In this document: piece after piece, positions 54,776-64,000 of the stretch
Numbering within the stretch: position 1 is the first letter of the stretch
Layout: the number at the start of each line of letters is the position of its first letter
Assembly: GCA_951406725.2 (NCBI GenBank)
Contig: OX597821.1
Coordinates: forward strand, 14,198,001-14,262,000
DNA length: 64,000 nt
From: Octopus vulgaris
Lineage: Eukaryota
Direction: 5' to 3'
Made by a program: the position numbers and the translations under genes
The notes under the pieces: generated by a model
What the model saw: only the letters and a program-made list of their open reading frames with translations
Told to the model about the DNA's origin: nothing
The model's database searches: none

Positions 54776-57517
54776 TTGGATTAATTTTATGTAATGAATG
54801 ATTCTTTTATTCATTAGGCAATACATTACATTAGTGTTTACTCATAAGGAAAGGAACCAAGTTTGTGGCCATTCTGCTCTTAATTTTTGCAGAAATTTTG
54901 TACTTAGCTTTGCCTAATTATTTTAGAGCTATTTTCAACAGAGTACAAATTTTAAAAAATTTAAATTATTTTAGTATGTATCATTGTTGAATTAAATCTA
55001 TGCTGAGTTAAAACTATGTCATGATTACTGATATTTTTGCTTTGTTGAATAAAGAACATTAATCTTATAGAATAGTCGTTATTTTTAGGTTCAAGTTGAG
55101 CAGACAAAGTCAGAAAGTCTCCCAACATGCACTATTATCAAGTAAATAACTCATGTTTCAGAAACCATTTAAAAGATATAAAAACATTAAAAAACTAAGT
55201 CCATACAAAACATTTGTAATATAATTTTCACTATGTTTTATTTTTAATCTCCTAATTGAATCCCATAGCAAGTTACATTTAATATATTCCAAATATACTT
55301 ATTTCTCATGGTAAAAACTTCACTTGTCATTCTGAAAAACCCATGTCTAACTTTCCCTTCTCCTGTAATATTCAACTGATTTTTCCCCCTTTGTAGTGCT
55401 TATATATGTAACATTATACTCTGCTTACAATATAAATTTTTTGTGAGTTTCAACATTTTCAATTTTATGTTATTTTTATTTTGTTTGAATGCTGTCATCA
55501 AATTGGCAAAGCAACAAAATACATAGGTATACCTGTTAAAGCTTTTATAATGCACAAAACTATTGAAATTTGTCAAGACGTTTTGATATAATTCCTCATA
55601 GCAAGAGAGTAAAGCTGATCAGAGCTAGTTCTTAGTCTTGTATGTATCTGAATAGAATATTATATCAGGTAAAACATTTGGATTAGAAGACCTTAAATGT
55701 ATTACCATCTGGTTGTATAAATCAGTAAAATTGTAATATTTATCAACAAACCTTTACTTATTGTAATTTTAAATTATCATTTGGATTTACTGAACACTGT
55801 GAATGATAAACGTGTAAACCTGAATTTGAGAGAGATTATCCATGGTAGTCATATCAAAATCAACTGCTAATCACTTCTAATCTCTTTGGATTTTTTACTG
55901 TAGAATTTTACTGATAAGTAGAAAGAAGAATAAGATCAATCTAAAAATAAGGAACATATAAGACATTTAAAAATCTTAAATGCATTGTATTCTTCTGAGG
56001 ATTTACTATACTGATTTAGTAAAATATACTGTAAGATATTCCTCTGTCAGATTCAGAAATAACATCACTGTTATGTAGACAGTTTTTGTTTTTATTTCAA
56101 ATGAATTTATCAACGAAGATCTTTATCTGATGTATGAAATACACTCTCAATAGAGATTAGTGGCATATACACATAAATAAATAATTACCACTTTAAAAAT
56201 AATTAATATTTAGAATGCAAATGCAAACACAAAAGAGAACTGTAAATAATCTTTGGTTAACAAAGAATTTGGAAATAAATTCAGAAATAAATAATAGCTT
56301 ATAATATATTAGCTTAAAAACTCCTTGAATGAAAAAGCAAACATGAACTATACATCTTCTGTAACCCAGATAGGTGTGCTACCAGTTAAATTAAAACAAC
56401 CTTCTAACTTTCCCTTGTCAAATTAAATGCTTTAATCTTAGAGGTAAGAAAGTTTGTTTATATTGTAAATTCAAAATGTAAGTGCATCAAAAAATATATA
56501 AATAAGTCTTTATTAATAATGTGTCACAAATTAAATTAATTTATAAGTGATAGTTAATGATGCATTGGGTTGCAAACCCCTTGGATGCCTAAGTTTGTAA
56601 ATAGATGAATTCACTTTGAGCTACATCACTAATAAAAATTCATTTCTGTAAGTAATGATTTAAATTAAGGCATTAGACTAGTAAAAATTCAAATGGTTAA
56701 TTTGAACAAATAAACTATCACCAATTTCTCAAGAAGAAACAGAAGAAAAGTATGGGAATCAAAATGTTTTGATATCATAGTTTCAAATTTCAGCCTTTCA
56801 TCCTTTTGGGGTCAATAAGATAAGTACCAATTGAGAACTGGAATGATGCAATCAAATTACCACTCCCCTAAAATTGCTGGCTTTGAGCCAAAATATGAAA
56901 CTATTGATATTTGATATAAAAATATGCAGAAAGTAATAAATAAACATGGATTTATAATCATCCATTTTTTGACTGTTTAGAGTTCTATAAAATTAATGTG
57001 TAAAAGATAAGATATTTGCAAAAAGTATTTGTTTTTGAAGTCTGACAAAATGAAAATTTTACATCAGTAAGGTTACAAAAAAGTTTTCTTAATTATAGAT
57101 GTTAACTTCATAATGGGATAACAAAATTAGAGATCATATTCAAAATTTTAAATATGACACGTTCATTGGGATTTTGGTGAGTCTCATAAACCAGTGACTC
57201 ACTGGGACATTCCTAAAGAGTTTTTGATGGGATTTTAGAACAAATCAATTTTGTCCTTGCTTAAAATGTGTTAATCACATAATTCTACAGTTGCAACAGC
57301 AATGAGCCGTTCTAGCTTATAGTACCCACTTAAGCTATGTAAACAAGGCCACTAAAAGTTAAGTGCCTTCATCTGATATATAGAACAGCACAAATAATGG
57401 GATGTCAACTGTCAACCTAGCCATCGATAGATCGACTAGAAAATATTTGATAATTGTTTTATAAGATATATCTTTAAAAGATATATAATTCATTAGCATT
57501 TTTCTCTCTTGCAAATA

Positions 57518-57919
57518 CTCTCTCTTTACTCTTTTACTTGTTTTAGTCATTTGACTGCGGCCATGCTGGAGCACCGCCTTCAGTCGAGCAAATCGACTCT
57601 GGGACTTATTCTTTGTAAGCCCAGTACTTAATCTATCGGTCTCTTTTGCCGAACTGCTAAGTGACGGGGACGTAAACACACCAGCATCGGTTGTCAAGCA
57701 ATGCTAGGGGGACAAACACAGACACACAAACACATACATATATATATACATATATATGACAGGCTTCTTTCAGTTTCCGTCTACCAAATCCACTCACAAG
57801 GCATTGGTTGGCCTGGGGCTATAGCAAAAGACACTTGCCCAAGATGCCATGCAGTGGGACTGAACTCGGAACCATGTGGTTGGTTAGCAAGCTACTTACC
57901 ACACAGCCACTCCTGCGCC
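57518..57919 (-). mobile_element. SINE family A, full length
   Basis: ctcttttacttg ... gccactcctgcgcc. Confidence 0.92.
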
Positions 57920-58507
57920 TACATTTAGTTTTAAAATGTAAAAACAATATTAAACTATATGATAACAATGATATAAACACAGGCAGTAGAAAATATAAAG
58001 CATTACAAAAATATTTCTTCATTTCAATTAAAGAGCTTTAAACATCATCTGTTGAATATTTTTCTTAAAAATCCTATTTTTTGAAAGATGTTGACTGTTT
58101 CTATCAATAGAATGTTTCTATGCATAACTTATAGAATATTTTAATAAAGGAATAATTCATTTACTTCATTTAACATGCATTATGAATATTGTCATTGTTA
58201 TCTGTATTATCATGCTCGATGTTCTTGCCATCATTTTCATTATGTCAGCTTCATTAAAGCTGAGACAGGCTACACGAAAATTATTGATATGTTGTCATTT
58301 CATAGTGTCTGTTTCCCCATCAGTTTGCAGTGTATCATCTCCACATTAGGTTTTGAGAGGCCCAAATGTTTTTAGATTTACCTCAACACATTTACCCCAA
58401 TCTACTCCAATCTATCTTTGTTAGAAGTACTGTCCTCTATAACTCACAACATTTTTACTCTTTCACCCAGTATGAATCAATCAACCATTCACATATCATG
58501 TATACTG

Positions 58508-58733
58508 GTGAGCTGGCAGAAACGTTAGCACACCGGGCGAAATGCGTAGCCGTATTTCGTCTGCCACTACGTTCTGAGTTCAAATTCCGCCGAGGTCGAC
58601 TTTGCCTTTCATCCTTTCTGGGACGATAAATAAAGTACCAGTTTCGCACTGGGGTCTATGTAATCGACTTAATCCCTTTGTCTGTCCTTGTTTGTCCCCG
58701 TCTATGTTTAGCCCCTTGTGGGTAGTAAAGAAA
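58508..58733 (+). mobile_element. SINE family C
   Basis: Homologous to 18062-18293. Confidence 0.85.
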
Positions 58734-59089
58734 TATATACACTATTATAGATGTCTATTATTTTACATACTGAATGTGTCAGATATTCAACCACTGTTGT
58801 TTGCTCACATATGATTAGTCCTCTTGAATAAAATCAATGCTAAACATTCAGCAGATTTAATGAGAGTTGAACCAGCAGTTACACTTTTACTTTACATGTT
58901 TTTCTACCATGCATCATTTTAATTCTAACATGTAGCTTTTGTATGGATGGGTGCAGGCTTGGCTATGTGGCTAATAAGTTTGCTTCTCTACCACATGCTT
59001 TGGGAAAGTGTCTACAACTATAACATCAGTGTGAACAATTTGAGTGAATTTAGTAGATAAAAACTCTACAAAGCCTGTCTCATGTATAC

Positions 59090-59147
<58 letters not shown>

Positions 59148-59459
59148 GTGTGTGTGTGCATAGACATACATACCAACATATATATATAGATATAGGTATA
59201 TATATGTATATTATACATACATATATAACGACCTCGAACCCACAAGTGTGAACAAGAGAGACAGAGCAAGGCAGAAACAATTAAAATGCCACTTATATTT
59301 GAACACTTTACAGATATTCCTTTTAAAAAAACATTTCTTTTAATTTTTCTAAATTTAATTATTTAATCGTTACAGTTAAAAAGGTCTCAAAATGACTGAA
59401 ACCGGTACTGAAATGTTCTTTATAAAATTATTTTAGCATTTTCTATTTTGACTTATTTT

Positions 59460-59505
<46 letters not shown>

Positions 59506-59924
59506 AACACACACACACAAATATTAAAATATATAAAAATATATATATACACATGCATGTGTATGTATGTGTATATGTGTGTGAATGTGTGCTGTCTGTG
59601 TAACTCTATGAATGTTTACTGACTGCACTTCATATGAAAATGTGTTGAATTATGGACAGTGATGTCTGTTGATATCATCTCAATAAATTGCCTGTCAGTT
59701 CTGTCCTTTTGATGGTGAGTAGAGTGAAAATCTCTTATTCGAAAAACAGGTATGGTCATGCAGCTTCAAAAATAATTTCTCAAAAATTTGCATTTGTCTA
59801 TTGCATGGTAGCATGGATAAGCAGGTATAAAATGAATGAACAAGTGAAAAGAAACGCTTTGTTGAGAAAGTCTTCTAGCCTCAATACTCTCAACCTATCT
59901 GCTCTGGAACTAATTATATTATGT

Positions 59925-60310
59925 GGATGGAAGCACTCCATCGGTTACGATGACGAGGGTTCCGGTTGATCCGAATGAACGGAACAGCCTGCTTGTGAAA
60001 TTAACGTGTAAGTGGCTGAGCATTCCACAGACACGTGTACCCTTAACGTAGTTCTCGGGGATATTCAGCATGACAGAGATAGTGACAAGGCCGGCCCTTT
60101 GAAATACAGGTACAACAGAAACAGGAAGTAAGAGTGAGAGAAAGTTGTGGTGAAAGAGTACAGTAGGGATCACCACCATCCCCTGCTGGAGCCTCGTGGA
60201 GCTTTAGGTGTTTTCGCTCAATAAACACTCACAACGCCCGGTCTGGGAATCGAAACCGCGATCCTATGACCGCGAGTCCGCTGCCCTAACCACTGGGCCA
60301 TTGCGCCTCC
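59925..60310 (-). mobile_element. SINE family B
   Basis: Near-identical to 5029-5415. Confidence 0.9.
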
Positions 60311-63300
60311 TTATATTATGTAGGTAACAGAATGAAACATCTGAGCAATTCACAAGTCTTAATTTCAGAGCTTTTCTTACTTTGAGCCTCTTCAGTGGGA
60401 GATAGACAGTCATCAAAAGTTGTGATGAGACTTTCATTTCTATATCACTATCTAAATTGTGCTAGTCCATCATTATCATCATTCTTTAATGTCTGTTTTT
60501 CATGCTGGCATGGGTTGGCTGGTTTGAACACAGCCAGCAAGCAGGAGAGCTGCACCAGATTCCAGTCTGATTTTGCTTGGTTTCTATGGTTGGATGCCCT
60601 TCCTAATGCCAACCACTTTACTAGGTGCTTTTGACATGGCACTACTGACTGCTTTTACATGACAGCAGCATGAGTGCTTTTTATATGGAACTGGCACAAG
60701 ACTCTTGCTGGCCAATCCTCTTCACCAAGGGGAGTGGCCTTAACATTCCAAAATCAAGTTGCCTGTAACAAGAAATAACTGTTTCTTCACCAGTGTACTA
60801 GTACTCAAAGAAGTAAAAGTGAAAACGAATAAGAAAGATTATAAGGTCACTAAAAATTGTAAATTATATAATTTGTATATGATAAATTCTATAAAGATTT
60901 AGCAGACATGATATATATATTCAAGCATATAATGGAATAAAATGATGCCAGGCTGGTGAACCTGCTGCAAAAGCATCGTGTTGAGAAATACACAAGGAGA
61001 ATTGATACGCCATAAAAATTTAAGACAGAAAATCAGCTATATTGAATTAAGCTGGCATTAAATTAAATATAAATTTAAAGTAACTTACATAAAAATAAAT
61101 TTGATTTAATTCAAATTCAATTTTACAAATTAATCTTAGGAATGAATGAAAAATAGAAGTCTATGCAAAATTATAGAAAGCAAGCGCAATGTTTTTCTAT
61201 TATAAAAAGTGTATTTTCAGTGTAAATTTGGAATCCTGATACTTAATATAAAGAATGTTATTTGTGAAAATAATGTTATATTATCAAAATCTTCATCAAC
61301 ATTATCATCATCACTACCACCAAAACACCATCATCATCATCATCGTCGTCGTCATCATCGTTGTCATCGTCATCATCATCATCATTCTCACCACCACATT
61401 ACCACTCATTTACATTCCTTTTCCATGCTAGTATAGGTTGGGCAGCTCATTGGGATTTGACAGGTCACAGGATTGTAACCTTGCTTCAATACCTCAGTTT
61501 TGATAAGATTTCTATGGCTGGATATTTCTCTGAATAATAACCACTTTAAAGAGTATGCAGGATGCATCTTTTATAGCACAAGCACCAATAGAAGTTGTTT
61601 TGCCCTCGCATGACTAAGGCCTCTTAAGCTTAAATCAAATTGAATTGAGCAGCAACAACGTAGGTGTTATATAATGAAAGACAATATATTTCACCTCAAA
61701 ATTTTAGGTCCATATAAACGTTTAATCATAAATACTAGCATATTATACGAGTAACCAAGCACACAAGCATATTTAAAAATTGTAAATTCATTGTAGATAT
61801 CTCTAAGAGTTGTTTTGTCTACCAAATTCAAACCTTTCCTCAGTATAAAAATTTTATGGTTTTACTTTGTTATATTGCAATACTACACAGTGGCTGTGTG
61901 TGCTATGAAATCCTCGTCACCACAGTTATATCGCACGTTCATATGACCTCTACTTAACCCTGACGTCTAGACTTCTCCCTCTATATCTACGTATTGGGCT
62001 AGTCTACTTCATCGTCTGGGGACGTCCACACAACATACTATTTCTAAATTTGTAAAGCTTGATAGCTAATGTGACATTAAGAATAGATAAATGAAAATAA
62101 AATTTACTCCTTCACAACCAAAAATATTAATTTCAGTACGAGAGATAATATTCTTATACTACATTTTGCAACTGAAGCAGTCTTATTTTAGAAAGTATAG
62201 GAGTAGTTGTGCATTGTTTCATTATCATCATGACTATCATATTCTTCATTGTTTTCATTGCCAAGTTATAATTTCTCATCATCACAAGCTCCACTTATAG
62301 AATCCATGCCGCAATTACTATCATCATTTTAATTATCGCTCTTACCATCAAAGCAATAACCTTAATTAAGAAATCTCTAAACAGTGCACATAGTTGTGAA
62401 AACAAAAAGTCAGGTTTTACAGAGTTTTCAATTGAATCAATTTTAAGTGAAGACATTTTATCAAAAGAAAATATAGAATTTGCAGTTTAAGCAATTTTGG
62501 ACGTCAATGTAAAAAGTAGCCTGGATATATTTCATGCCTCACTAATTGTAATACTAAGAGACATCCAAATTTGATTCTCTTGTTGCTAAAAGGAAAATCA
62601 ATATCTGTCTATAGGATTTTGAAGTAAATTGAAAAGAATTGTACAAGCTTATTACTTATGTTTTAGGAAAGATGTTCTGTATAAATTTAAGGCTTGCAAT
62701 CTTGAAAAAATATCACACTTTACATGATTATTAATTTTTTCATATGCTTGGCATTTTATTTTAATTATGTTATATTATTGTCATTCCAATTGCATAGGAA
62801 AGACTTTACCCAGAGCCTGTTGGAACCTTCTTGAATCAGAAACCATGTGAGATAATGTGAAATCAGTGCGGTTTTTATGCTGCCTAAAAAGTTAATGGCT
62901 TCAGTATTGAGCAAATTCATGGTTAAAAGGGAATTTGAAAGTCAGTTTTCAGAATGAAAGATATGCAATGCCAGGTATAGGATTTCGGGAGTGTGGATGA
63001 CAAGAAACAAAGCTCCATCTTCATTATACTACTAATATTATCATAATCATTGTGAGTAACAAAGTTATTAGTATTAATATGATCAGTAGAAGAAAGAAAA
63101 CTGTAGTGGAAACATTTATCAGAAACAGAATTATATTTCCACATGAAATGTAATTTTGAAATAAAAATATATTGTTTATACATTTCTATTTCATTATTAT
63201 TTTTCAAGAGGAGATATTTTACAAAACCAATTATCTAATTATCAATGACAATAAGATTTTGAAAGATGTTAAAAAAAAAATTAGACAGCAAAGAAATGTT

Positions 63301-64000
63301 TTTCCTTCTTTTTTTTTTTAGAGTTCTATCATTAAATTGCAAAGATCAAAAGAATGACATGTATTATTGTCACATGCAGATTGATAAAATTTTCTTATAT
63401 TCAAATACATGTTTACTCCAATTAATGAGTTATTAAATTTGGAGTTACCAAAAAGAATAAAAATGAAACAGTAGAAAATGTTGAATAACCATGCATAATT
63501 TTGAAAGTGCCTACTAAAAATTCACAGACAAATTTCACTTTTTGCATGCAAACCTAAGCTACAAGTAACTTCTTTTTTTTAAGAGTTGTCTTGTAAAAAC
63601 ACAAACTTTTATGTGTTCTACAAATTTGAAATTTAGCTTCTTTCAGAGCCTTCTCTTTGAATATTCATCAAAATTTAAAACATTGCTTCTTTTGCAAGAA
63701 TTTATTAATAATCTATCACGAGGTATACTAAATGAATATTTCTGTCAGTGAAATTTTCATTGAATAATATTGTATGTTTAATGATGATAATGATTGGAAT
63801 GATACTAAGATAATGATGATTAATTGAACGAATTTTGTTAATGATAAAAATTAATGTTGTAATTAGTAGTTAAAGAAGCAAGATTTTGTCTTGATCAGTT
63901 TTTAAATTTTTGATAGATAATGGAAAAAAGAAATCTTTTAAAGAAACATGGTTTCAAACTCATAAACACACAAAAATATTTTGAATGAAGTATATAAATG

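Noticed and set aside
55089-55141. ttttag...gtaaat bounded mini-exon candidate (similar weak candidates near 42420 and 62953)
   Set aside because: Such signals are expected by chance in AT-rich DNA; no recognisable peptide, or stop codons in frame.

Overview
AT-rich, repeat-saturated eukaryotic DNA with no recognisable host protein-coding gene; it reads as intronic or intergenic. The SINE families and the dense (TA)n/(TATG)n/(CA)n/(TAA)n microsatellites strongly resemble an octopod (Octopus-like) genome; this is inferred, not searched. Nearly all ORFs in the supplied track are microsatellite or SINE artefacts. Supported content: a non-autonomous Helitron carrying a ~116-bp tandem array (1322-3209), a decayed full-length mariner interrupted by a SINE (3351-5013), a second mariner fragment, RTE and CR1 LINE relics, Penelope-like (PLE) GIY-YIG endonuclease fragments and five SINE families. 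The most interesting signals are: (i) a type I hammerhead ribozyme with an intact core at 361-446, a homologue at 46354-46443 directly downstream of a PLE endonuclease, and several other hammerhead-like motifs in short elements sitting in (TA)n tracts; (ii) three long, apparently perfect fold-back palindromes with 8-9 nt spacers, one of which duplicates LINE DNA in inverted orientation at the junction of a PLE fragment. Coordinates were read by eye and may be off by a few bases.
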